Part shown: in pieces, positions 19,623-28,196 of the stretch
Layout: each line of letters begins with the position of its first letter
Numbering within the stretch: the first letter of the stretch is position 1
From: an uncultured Thermoleophilaceae bacterium
GTDB lineage: Bacteria > Actinomycetota > Thermoleophilia > Solirubrobacterales > Thermoleophilaceae
DNA length: 39,200 bases
Reading direction: 5' to 3'
Assembly: GCA_963757815.1 (NCBI GenBank)
Contig: CAVWSN010000002.1
Location: 1-39,200, forward strand
Notes under the pieces: model-generated
Told to the model about the DNA's origin: nothing
The model's input: the letters and a program-made list of their open reading frames with translations, nothing else
Database searches by the model: none
Made by a program: the position numbers and the translations under genes

Positions 19623-20081
19623 CTACTCCACGGCCACGATCGCGTCCACGATGATCGGGACGTTGAGCGGCGATGGACCCTGTCCGGGTGCTGAGCGCGC
19701 GTGCCGCCCCGCTTCGCCCCAGAGCTCGACGATCAGGTCGCTGAAGCCGTTCACGACCTTCGCGTTCTGAGCGAAGCCCGGCTCGCAGTGCACGTATCCG
19801 ACGACCCGGATCCATTCGGCGACCCGGTCCAGGTCGTCGAGCTCGCGCTTGAGCGAGGCGAGCACCGCCAGCGCCGTCAGCCGGGCGGCGTCGTAGGCCT
19901 CGTCGAGCGAGAGGTCACGCCCCACGAGGCCCTGAACGAGCGGCGTGCTCCCGTCGATGGGTCCGTGCCCGGCGACGTACGCCAGGCCGCCATGGACCTT
20001 GACCAGCTCGAAGGTGCCCGGCGGCACCATTGGCGCGGGCAGGGTGAGCCCCAACTCCGCGAGCTTCTCCTCGATCCGCAC
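19623..20081 (-). CDS. RidA/YjgF/L-PSP family deaminase
   Basis: 152 aa. Rid family signature (…VKVHGGLAYVAGHGP...SAPGQGPSPLNVPIIVDAIVAV). Confidence 0.8.
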   Translation of the reverse strand: MRIEEKLAELGLTLPAPMVPPGTFELVKVHGGLAYVAGHGPIDGSTPLVQGLVGRDLSLDEAYDAARLTALAVLASLKRELDDLDRVAEWIRVVGYVHCEPGFAQNAKVVNGFSDLIVELWGEAGRHARSAPGQGPSPLNVPIIVDAIVAVE

Positions 20082-20114
20082 AGTCCGCTCTCCTAGCGGA
20101 GGTGCTCGAGCTCG

Positions 20115-20889
20115 TCAAGCACCGGGCTTGCGCGCTCGCACGATGGCCGACGTAGCGTGCTCATGGACACGGTGAGTCTCTCGCACCTCGATGTCGGTGA
20201 GGCCGGCGTCGGTGAGCTGTTGCTCGAACTCCTCGCGGGTGAGCGCGCCGGCAACGCAGCCGGTCCACTGCTTCATGTCGGCACGAGTTGCCTCGTCCAT
20301 GTCGGGGTCGGCGATCACGTCGGTGACCGCGAATCGCCCGCCGGGCCGCAGCACGCGCGCCGCCTCGCCGAGCACCTTGCGCTTGTCGGCGGCGAGGTTG
20401 ATCACGCAGTTGGAGATGACGACGTCGACCGTTTCGTCCGCGAGCGGGATGTCCTCGATGTAGCCCTTGACGAACTCCGCGTTGTCGACGCCTGCCTCGG
20501 CGGCGTTGGTGCGCGCGAGCTCCAGCATCTCGTCCGTCATGTCGAGGCCGATCGCCTTGCCGCTCGCGCCCACGCGGCGCGCCGAGATCAGCACGTCGGC
20601 GCCGGCGCCCGAACCGAGATCGAGGACCGTTTCGCCCTCGTGCAGGTCGGCCACCGCTGTGGGAACGCCGCAGCCGAGCGATGCCTCGACCGCGGCCTTG
20701 GGCGCGGCGTCGCCCTCCTCGTCGTAGAGACCGCCGCCGAACACCTCGGTGCCGGCCGGGCCGCAGCCCGACTTCGCCTGTGGCGCTCCCGCAACAACCG
20801 GACGAGGTGTTGTTCGCCACCGCGGTGGCGGCGGCGGCGTAGCGCTCGCGCACCTGCTCGCGCAGGTCGGTGTCGGTCAGCTCAGCCAT
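20115..20889 (-). CDS. arsM: Arsenite S-adenosylmethionine methyltransferase ArsM (1-nt frame disruption near 20795)
   Basis: N-terminal [28 protein letters not shown] (conserved Cys pair). Then in +1 frame ...[38 protein letters not shown]. Strong match to the ArsM/Cyt19 family. Confidence 0.8.
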
Positions 20890-21230
20890 GCAGACAGCTC
20901 CTCGAGAGCGTCGGGGTTGACGTAGTAGTAGGCCCACAGGCCGCGCCGCTCGGAGTCGACGATCCCGGCCTCGCGCAGCTTCTTGAGATGGTGCGAGAGC
21001 GTCGGCTGGGAGATGTCGAACAGCGGGACCAGCTCGCAGACGCAGACCTTGCCTGCGTGCTTGCGCAGCACGTCGACGAGCTGCAGCCGGACCGGGTCGC
21101 CGATCGCCTTGGCCACTTCGGCCATGCGGAGCGCCTGCGCGCGCTCGACGTCGGGGTAGACGACGGGCTCGCAGCAGGGCTCGCCGGCGGGCCGCTTCTG
21201 CTTGGGGGCCAGCTCCAGATCGACAGCCAT
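20877..21230 (-). CDS. arsR: ArsR/SmtB-family metalloregulator
   Basis: 117 aa. HTH (LRMAEVAKAIGDPVRLQLVDVL) and CVC metal-binding motif (KVCVCELV). Its 3' end overlaps the arsM start (ATGGCTGAGCTGA). Confidence 0.8.
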   Translation of the reverse strand: MAVDLELAPKQKRPAGEPCCEPVVYPDVERAQALRMAEVAKAIGDPVRLQLVDVLRKHAGKVCVCELVPLFDISQPTLSHHLKKLREAGIVDSERRGLWAYYYVNPDALEELSAWLS

Positions 21231-21346
21231 CGATGCACATATATCGATTGAAGTGATAACTGTCAATGGATAGTCTCCGCGCACCAGCGGGACTACCGAG
21301 CGAAGACGCCGAGAAGCGGGTGCTCGCGCGTGAGAGGGAGGACGAG
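21231..21346. promoter_or_regulatory. AT-rich divergent arsR-arsM / arsC promoter region with candidate ArsR operator
   Basis: atcgatgcacatatatcgattgaagtgataactgtcaatgg. Locally about 35% GC in a 70% GC genome. Imperfect inverted repeat ATTGA-n11-TCAAT and repeated ATCGAT. Confidence 0.4.
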
Positions 21347-21961
21347 ATGAAGTACGTGTTGTTCGTTTGCACCCAGAACGCCGGGCGTTCCCAGATCGCC
21401 GAGGCGCTCTTCGCGAAGCACGCGCCCGACGACCTGCGCGCCGAGTCGGCCGGCGCGGAGCCCGCCGACGCATGCCACCCGGTCGTGGTCGAAGCCATGC
21501 GCGAGCTCGGCATCGACCTGAGCACCAGGCGGCCCAAGAGGCTGACGCTCGAGATGCAGCTGCACGCGGACTGGGCAATCACCCTCGCCTGCGGTGCCAA
21601 GTGCCCGTACGTGCCGTCGGTGGTCGAGGACTGGGACGTCTCCGATCCGGCCGGCAGGCCGATCGAGGAGGTACGGCTGATCCGAGACGAGATCGAGTTG
21701 CGCGTCAAGGACCTTCTCGAGAACCGGATCGACGAGATCCGCGAGGACCGCCGCCAGCACATGATGCGGATGGGCCGCCTCGTGCCGGGATTGGTCGACG
21801 AGTTCGGCGGCGAGCTCACCGACGAGGAGATCCGCCAGATCGCCGACGAGATCCTCGACACCTACGACGAGGTCCCGGTCCGCTCCTTCGTGATGACGCT
21901 CGCCAACCGCAAAGCGCGCGCGATGCTCAAGGAGCGCACCGGCGTGGCGGCTCCCAGCTAG
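21347..21961 (+). CDS. arsC: Arsenate reductase, LMW-PTP (thioredoxin-coupled) type, with ~70-aa C-terminal extension
   Basis: CX5R P-loop (VCTQNAGRSQ) and resolving Cys residues (ACGAKCP). The protein continues about 70 aa beyond a normal ~135-aa ArsC (…DEFGGELTDEEIRQIADEILDTYDE…). Confidence 0.75.
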   Translation: MKYVLFVCTQNAGRSQIAEALFAKHAPDDLRAESAGAEPADACHPVVVEAMRELGIDLSTRRPKRLTLEMQLHADWAITLACGAKCPYVPSVVEDWDVSDPAGRPIEEVRLIRDEIELRVKDLLENRIDEIREDRRQHMMRMGRLVPGLVDEFGGELTDEEIRQIADEILDTYDEVPVRSFVMTLANRKARAMLKERTGVAAPS

Positions 21962-22093
21962 CTCCGCGCGCTCCGATGTCGATGGCCGCCCCACCGGCGC
22001 CGCGCCCGCGCGCCGCCCCGATCCTCGGCGCCGGCGCCGGTGCGTTCGCCTACCAAGCCGTCCGCGGCCATCAGCAATCTGGCCGGTAGAGAT

Positions 22094-22468
22094 CTACTGC
22101 GCGGCGGCGAGCTGAGCCTTCATCGCGTCTGCCAGGGCATGCGCCCCGGTTAGCGGCCGGACCATTACCACGAGCTCGTCGATCGAGCCGTTCTCATCGA
22201 GATGCAGGAAGTCGCATCCCTCGATCTGCCGCTCGCCGACGCGCGCCTGGAACACGAGTGCATGGTCGGTGGCGTCGGGGGCGCCGATCTCGCGGACGTA
22301 GCGGAAGTCCTCGAGGACCCGCGAGACGGCGTGGAGGATCGCCGCGACGGCGTCACGGCCGTGGTATGGCTTGAACACGATCGGGCTTCGGAAGACGACG
22401 TCTTCTGAGAGCAGCGCGACTGCTGCGTTCACGTCCCGTGCTTCGAGGGCAGCGCCAAACGGGTGCAT
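22094..22468 (-). CDS. SnoaL/NTF2-like domain protein
   Basis: 124 aa from ATG 22468. NTF2-like pattern (…FRSPIVFKPYHGRDAV…ENGSIDELVVMVRPL). Confidence 0.6.
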   Translation of the reverse strand: MHPFGAALEARDVNAAVALLSEDVVFRSPIVFKPYHGRDAVAAILHAVSRVLEDFRYVREIGAPDATDHALVFQARVGERQIEGCDFLHLDENGSIDELVVMVRPLTGAHALADAMKAQLAAAQ

Positions 22469-22486
22469 GGCCTCGCACTGTAACAT

Positions 22487-22504
22487 ACATACATGCATGT
22501 ACGT
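22487..22504. promoter_or_regulatory. 18-bp near-perfect palindrome (core 12-bp perfect TACATGCATGTA), candidate TetR operator
   Basis: acatacatgcatgtacgt spans the tetR start codon inside a 24-bp divergent intergenic region. Confidence 0.45.
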
Positions 22505-23104
22505 CAGTCGGACCGAAGCGCGCGCACGCGCGGCGCCTTGCTCGAGTCCGCCGCGCGGGGGCTCTCGCGCTACGGCTACGGCAACCTCGTTCTCGAGAAG
22601 GTGGCCAGTGACGCCGGCTACACCCGCGGAGCGCTCTATCACCAGTTCAAGGACAAGGAGGACCTCGCCCTGGCGGTGATCGATTGGGTCGACGAGACCT
22701 GGAGACAGGAGGTCGGCACGCTCGTGGAGCAAGAGAGCGATCCGGCCGCCGCACTGATAACCCTGGCGCGCGGTCACGCCGTCTTTTGCCGGCGGGACGT
22801 CGCCCGGGTGGCGATGGCGCTCAGGCTCGAGTTCAGCGGTCAGGATCACTCTGTCGGGCGTCACCTCGAGCGGATCACCCAGGGATTGGTCAAGCGCTGC
22901 ACCCGACTGATCAGCGCTGGGCGCAGGATGGGGACGATCCCAGCCGGCCCGCCCGCCAGAGTCGTCGCGCTCGCCTTCGTCGGCGCCATGGAGGGCGCCG
23001 TCATCGAACTCGCCGGCCAGGCGCCGCACGATGAGGTGCTGGCGGCGCGCGCGGCCGCGGGCGTGCTCGGCCTTGACCCCGGCGCGATCCCCAGTCCACG
23101 ATGA
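22493..23104 (+). CDS. TetR/AcrR-family transcriptional regulator
   Basis: N-terminal HTH (RTRGALLESAARGLSRYGYGNLVLEKVASDAGYTRGALYHQFKDKEDL). Confidence 0.85.
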   Translation: MHVRQSDRSARTRGALLESAARGLSRYGYGNLVLEKVASDAGYTRGALYHQFKDKEDLALAVIDWVDETWRQEVGTLVEQESDPAAALITLARGHAVFCRRDVARVAMALRLEFSGQDHSVGRHLERITQGLVKRCTRLISAGRRMGTIPAGPPARVVALAFVGAMEGAVIELAGQAPHDEVLAARAAAGVLGLDPGAIPSPR

Positions 23105-23727
23105 GGCTCCCGAACGCCGCGCACACCTCCCGGCGTTGGCGAATCCACGAGATCACACCGGACTTTCGTCTCGAGGACGTGTGGGTGCTGCCGGGCACCG
23201 GCGGCCCAGAGGACTTCCCTCGGTTGGTGCACGGCCTTGCCGCGGCCGACCCCTCGAAGAGCCCCTCCGGCGCCATCCGCTTGCTCTTCGCGATTCGGTG
23301 GAAGGTCGGGGAGCTGCTCGGTTGGGACGACGCAGACGCCGGCCTCGGCTCGAGGGTGCCGACACTCCGCGACCGGCTGCCGGTCGACCTGCTCGACGGC
23401 CCGTCCGGCCCGGACTTCGAATCGCTCCCCTTCACCTCGCTGTACCTGACCGACGACGAGTTTGCGGCGGAGATCGCCAACCGGACCATGCACGGGGTCC
23501 TGCACATCGGCCGGGTTCCGGAGCCGATCGGCGACTTCCGCACCCAGATGGCGGTCCTGGTCAAGCCAAACGGACTGCTCGGAACCGGCTACATGGCCGC
23601 GATCAGGCCGTTCCGACACCTGATCGTGTACCCCGCGATGATGCGCGGGATTGAGCGGGAGCTCGAGTCGGTACGGTCCGCCCGTGGCTCGCGACGACGC
23701 GGAGGTCCTCGAGCTCGCCGGGCGTGA
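23101..23727 (+). CDS. Hypothetical protein (possibly DUF2867-like)
   Basis: Start ATG overlaps the tetR stop (ATGA). No confident family assignment. C-terminus may be mis-extended. Confidence 0.5.
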   Translation: MRLPNAAHTSRRWRIHEITPDFRLEDVWVLPGTGGPEDFPRLVHGLAAADPSKSPSGAIRLLFAIRWKVGELLGWDDADAGLGSRVPTLRDRLPVDLLDGPSGPDFESLPFTSLYLTDDEFAAEIANRTMHGVLHIGRVPEPIGDFRTQMAVLVKPNGLLGTGYMAAIRPFRHLIVYPAMMRGIERELESVRSARGSRRRGGPRARRA

Positions 23728-24703
23728 GGTCCGGCTCTCCAGTCCCGGCAAGGTGCTCTTCGCCGAGCGCGGCGAGACCAAGCGCGACCTCGTCGACTAC
23801 TACCTGCGCGTCGGCGAGCCGCTGCTGCGGACGATGGGCGGTCGCCCGGTGCTCATGCAGCGCTTTCCCAGGGGCGCGGGAGGACCGTCCTTCTTTCAGA
23901 AGCGCGTCCCGGAGAACGCGCCCGAGTGGCTGGAGACGACCACGGTGACGACGGTCAACGGCACGCAGTCGCGCGCGCTCGTGATCGCCGACCTCGCGCA
24001 CGTGGTCTGGGCGGTCAACCTCGGTTGCCTGGGCTTTCACGTCTGGCCGTACCGCGCCGCGGACCCCGAGCATTGCGACGAGCTGCGCCTCGATCTCGAC
24101 CCGCAGCCGGGCACGGACTTCACGGATGTCCGCCGAGCCGCCGCGGAGCTCAAGGCGCTGCTGGACGAGCTCGACCTCGTCGGCTATCCGAAGACCACCG
24201 GCAACCGAGGGCTGCACGTCTACGTCCGCCTCCTGCCGCGCTGGGACTCCTACGCGGTGCGCGCCGCCGCGGTGGCGGTCGCCCGGGAGCTCGAGCGCCG
24301 GCGCCCCGACGTCATCACCGCGGCCTGGTGGAAGGAGGAGCGCGGCGAGCGGATCTTCGTGGACTACAACCAGAACGCGCCGCACAAGACCGTCTTCGGC
24401 GCATGGGCGGTGCGTGCCCGTGAGGGCGGTCAGGTCTCCACCCCGCTGCGCTGGGAGGAGGTGGCCGAGCTGCACCCGGACGAGCTGACGCTGGCCACGG
24501 TCCCCGACCGCCTCGACCGGCTCGGCGACCCGTGGGAGGAAATCGACGAGGCCCCGCAGTCACTCGAACCGCTGCTCGCGATGCACGAGCGCGACCGCGC
24601 CAACGGTCTGCTCGACGCCCCGTGGCCCCCGGTCTACCCCAAGATGCCCGACGAACCTCCGCGCGTCGCGCCAAGCCGCGCGAGGAAAGGCCCTCCGGCC
24701 TAG
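23684..24703 (+). CDS. Stand-alone LigD-type NHEJ polymerase/primase domain protein (PolDom, AEP superfamily)
   Basis: Motifs RLSSPGKVLF, GYPKTTGNRGLHVYVRL, RGERIFVDYNQNAPHKTVFGAWAVR. GTG start inferred. Confidence 0.8.
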   Translation: MARDDAEVLELAGREVRLSSPGKVLFAERGETKRDLVDYYLRVGEPLLRTMGGRPVLMQRFPRGAGGPSFFQKRVPENAPEWLETTTVTTVNGTQSRALVIADLAHVVWAVNLGCLGFHVWPYRAADPEHCDELRLDLDPQPGTDFTDVRRAAAELKALLDELDLVGYPKTTGNRGLHVYVRLLPRWDSYAVRAAAVAVARELERRRPDVITAAWWKEERGERIFVDYNQNAPHKTVFGAWAVRAREGGQVSTPLRWEEVAELHPDELTLATVPDRLDRLGDPWEEIDEAPQSLEPLLAMHERDRANGLLDAPWPPVYPKMPDEPPRVAPSRARKGPPA

Positions 24704-24729
24704 CGCGCTGCCGGCGCTACCTTGAGACT

Positions 24730-24957
24730 GTGGCTGCTCGGGCGCGGATCCTGGCGTTCGGCGCGGCGGGCCTGGTCGTGATCGCCGGCGTGCTGTGCGC
24801 GGGCCTGGTGGGCGGATTGACCGGTCAGGTGCTCGCGATTGTGCTGATCTCGGCCGGGCTCGGCGGCGCTCTGCTGCTCATGTTCCTCGACGTGGGCCTG
24901 TCCGAAGACCGGGAGCGGGCTCGGGATGAAGAGCGACGGCGCCGGCGCCGCTCGTGA
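24730..24957 (+). CDS. Small 2-TM membrane protein with Arg/Glu-rich tail (hypothetical)
   Basis: ILAFGAAGLVVIAGVLCAGLVGG..VLAIVLISAGLGGALLLMFL followed by EDRERARDEERRRRRRS. Confidence 0.25.
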   Translation: MAARARILAFGAAGLVVIAGVLCAGLVGGLTGQVLAIVLISAGLGGALLLMFLDVGLSEDRERARDEERRRRRRS

Positions 24958-25047
24958 CGAACTCGGTGACCCGTCGCCAAGCCCAATGGCCCTCTCAGGC
25001 CTGCCTGGTCAACTAGAGGGGCGGGATGACCTCGGAGCGGAGACACG

Positions 25048-26545
25048 TCAGTCAAGCGGCGGCGGCCGCATGGGATGCGGCGTGCTGTAAGGCCGCGTTC
25101 GGGGTGGGGCTGCGTCGTTCAGCTTGGCGTCGGTCTCGTTCAACCTGGGGTCAGCCCATACGAGCCCGTCGACCGCGAGTGCGAGGTCAAGGCGGCTGCC
25201 GTCCCAGTGGCGGCTTGTCGTATCGGACGTGAGGTCCAACCGGTGCCGGCGGTTGTCGGCGTATAGCCGCGCTGGGCTGCTCGCGGTGGTGGTCGGAGCT
25301 GCGGGTAGCGGGCGGCCGTCGGGATGCCTGAAGATCAGCGCTTGGTCGCGGTCTCGGGTGAGGCCGTAGCCCCCTTCGTGGATCAGCCGGTGGTGATAGG
25401 CGCAGAGCTGCACGAGGTTGGCGAGCGCGGTTTGTCCACCGCGGGCCCAGTGCTCGATGAGGTGGGCGTGGAGGAAGCGGGTCTGCCCGCAACCGGGGAA
25501 GCGGCAGCCGTGGTCGCGGTTTGACAGCGCGCGCCTGAGTGCGGGCGGCACGCGGCGCGTCTTTCGCCCCGCCGACAGTGGGCGTCCGCCACGCTCGAGG
25601 ATCGAGACGACACCCGCGTCGCAGGCCAGCCTGCGGGCGGTCTCAGGGTCGAGCGGCGCACCGTGCTCGAGCCCGCAGGCCTGGCTCGCGCTCGGCGTCG
25701 TCGGCGCCGGACAGCGCCCCTATGTCGACGTGCACGACGACCTGGTAGCGCTCGCCTCCGGTCCGTTCTGCGGCACCGGACGCGATCAGGGTGTCGGCCA
25801 TCAAGAGCAGCGCGTCGGGGTTGGACGGCGCGGGCGACCTCGCGGGTTCGGCCTCCGTGGGCATCTCCCCTGACGGGCTCGCTCCCGAGATCGAGCCATC
25901 AGAGTCGGGTCGCGCCGCCGAGCCGAGCGACGCCTCGGCGCGCTTGCCATCAGAGGCCTCGCTGCGCAGCTGGTCGCGCCCCGCTTGGAGCGCGGCTATC
26001 AGCAGCGCGCCTTCGTCCGCCGGCAGCCGGCCGCGGATCACCAGCGCCCCGTCGTCGTCGTGTTGGCAGGTCAGGTAGCGCTCACCGTGCGCGCTCTCTT
26101 CGGCGGAGAGCTCGCGGGCCAGCACTCCCCGATAGGCGCGCAGCACGCGCTCGAGCTGTGCGGCGGTGGAGTGCCGCGCGAGCTCAAGCAGCCGGCCCTC
26201 GAGCTCGGGTGTTGCAATACGCGACAGCGCCCTGACCTGCGAATAGCTCAGCTCACCCCGCTCGAAGACCGCCCCGATCTTGGGCAGCTCCTCAAGCCGC
26301 CTCGCCACGCGCACGTGCTCGCGCGCCGCGCCCGAGCCCAGCGCGCACGTGTACGCGAGCCAATGCGCACACGACTTGCAGCCCCAGCTCGCCCAGCCCT
26401 CACGACGATCGAACTCGGCCACCAGCGCGAGCCAGCGACAGGTCGCCGCGTGAATGTGCGCCGCCAACTCGGTGATCTCGCGCTCGAGCAGCTCAAGCGG
26501 TCGTTCCCGCGAGTCCAACCGCTCGCCATAAGCCGTTGCTTCCAT
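25048..26545 (-). CDS. DUF222 + HNH endonuclease (REP13E12-like); one frame disruption near 25670
   Basis: DUF222 region (…ELAAHIHAATCRWLALVAEFDRREGWASWGCKSCAHWL…). After a 1-nt shift the HNH region follows (LDPETARRLACDAGV…RDHGCRFPGCGQTRFLHAHLIEHWARGGQTALANLVQLCAYHHRLIHEGG). Confidence 0.7.
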
Positions 26546-26853
26546 CCCGTCTCCCGATCCAATGTACGAACACATGTTCCCATAGCGCTCGGACGGAACG
26601 GTGCCGGCTGGATCGGGACGCCGACGCTTCCGCGGAAACACCTCGAGCACAGCTCGAGGGTTCCGCCGTCCGCTTCGTGCCCTCCCGGCGGCCGGCGCTC
26701 AGGGCGTGTTCGGCTGCCGAGCGAAATCGTCGGCGTTGATCAGGTTGAGCTCGAGCGCCGGCGCGAAGGTCTGCACGTCGCTCTCGGCGCCGTCAATGAC
26801 ACGCTGTGTGTGGAGGGGCGTAGCATGGACGCGAGGCGAGGGAAGGAGCGCAC

Positions 26854-27333
26854 GTGGGCGTTCAGACGGGATTCCAGGCGGTGACGGGGTACCTCGAGCG
26901 GGAGGGCGTGACCTTCGAGGTTGTCGAGCATGCGCGCACCGAGAGCGCGACGGCCGAAGCCCGGGCAGTGGGTCTGCCGCCCACAGATGTGGCGAAGACC
27001 GTGGTGCTGCGGGACGGTGTCGGCCTGCGGCTGGCGGTGATCCCCGCATCCCACCGGCTCGACCTCCACAAAGTGCGCGACTTGCTTGGCGCCTCACTCC
27101 GCCTTCGTCTGGTCAGCGAGACGGAGATGGCCGCCGAGTTCGACCAGTTCGAGGTGGGGGCGCTCCCGCCACTCGCGCCACTCCTGGACGCGGTCGAATT
27201 GATTGATGAGCGGCTGCTCGATCACGATCGCATCCTCTTCGCGGGCGGCGACCACGAGCATGGGGTGCTTGTGGACCCGCGCGACCTGGTCCAGGCCGCG
27301 CGGGCCCGTGTCGCGGACCTCTGCGAGGACTGA
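26854..27333 (+). CDS. YbaK/ProX-like aminoacyl-tRNA deacylase domain protein
   Basis: 159 aa. YbaK-like pattern (…VEHARTESATAEARAVGLPPTDVAKTVVL…FAGGDHEHGVLVDP). Confidence 0.65.
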   Translation: MGVQTGFQAVTGYLEREGVTFEVVEHARTESATAEARAVGLPPTDVAKTVVLRDGVGLRLAVIPASHRLDLHKVRDLLGASLRLRLVSETEMAAEFDQFEVGALPPLAPLLDAVELIDERLLDHDRILFAGGDHEHGVLVDPRDLVQAARARVADLCED

Positions 27334-27395
27334 CTGCCCCCGCCGCGGGCGGGGAGAGGGGACCGTTGCGGCCCCCTTCGTCGTCTAGAACAGGC

Positions 27396-28196
27396 TTACG
27401 GCGTTAGCGCGACCGCCGCCTCCGGCGTGGCCACGTGGAAGCTGAAGCTCTCCTCGAGATAGAGCCGCACCGCTTCGCCGTCGTGTGACTCATACCCGAT
27501 CGACACGTCCTGGCCCGAGTCGAAGATGAAGTCGCCGCCTCGCTGGCTCAGCAAGAGGGCTCCGGTCACGCCCGGCGCCCATACGATCGGCCCTTCGACG
27601 ATCCTGCGCAGGTGCTCCAGCAGCGGGTAGCCACCGTGTTCGGCCGTTTCGATCACCAGGCGATATTGCTCGCTCCCGAGCGCCAGCCCGTATGGCCCGG
27701 CGATACCGCTCTGCAGCAGGCGCTCGACCGCGCCCGCCACTGCCCGCGGATAGCCGTCGGCGGCCTTCCCGAGCGGCATCGGTTCATGGGGCGAGCTGTC
27801 GCCGATGCCGCTCGTCGCGCCCTGCCAGCCGTGGAACACGGCGACGTTCTCGGCCGTCGCGATCTGATGCGCGGCCTTGTCGAGCGCCTCGAGGTCGGTG
27901 TCATCGGCGCCACGATCGGCGTCACGCAGCTCCGCCCTGGACAGCTCGAAGTCCGCGCGCAGCTCGACCAGCGGCAGTACGCGCCGCTGAAGTCCGGACA
28001 CCCCTTCGGCGGGGGCGGACGCGAGCGGATCCGTGCGCCCCAGATTGGTCGCCGAGTGCTCCCAGCCACGCGGGCCGGCGAAGTCGACCAGCTTGCGGGC
28101 GGCGAGCGCCGGCGCCAAGCGGTCGCGCGCCTCGCCGTCGAGCAGCTGCCAGCCCGACTCGGTGATGGGGGCGTGCTCGCGCAGCAGGTGGTTCAT
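27396..28196 (-). CDS. Family 1 encapsulin shell protein (linocin M18-like)
   Basis: 266 aa from MNHLLREHAPITESGWQLLD… to …SFSFHVATPEAAVALTP. Co-linear with mycobacterial/Brevibacterium encapsulin (…RRVLPLVELRADFELSRAEL…GPYGLALG…IGYESHDGEAVRLYLEESF). Confidence 0.85.
   Translation of the reverse strand: MNHLLREHAPITESGWQLLDGEARDRLAPALAARKLVDFAGPRGWEHSATNLGRTDPLASAPAEGVSGLQRRVLPLVELRADFELSRAELRDADRGADDTDLEALDKAAHQIATAENVAVFHGWQGATSGIGDSSPHEPMPLGKAADGYPRAVAGAVERLLQSGIAGPYGLALGSEQYRLVIETAEHGGYPLLEHLRRIVEGPIVWAPGVTGALLLSQRGGDFIFDSGQDVSIGYESHDGEAVRLYLEESFSFHVATPEAAVALTP

Noticed and set aside
20161-21861. 566-aa ORF spanning the ars region
   Set aside because: Antisense or alternative-frame junk. 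Only its short segment [35 protein letters not shown] is real (the ArsM N-terminus).
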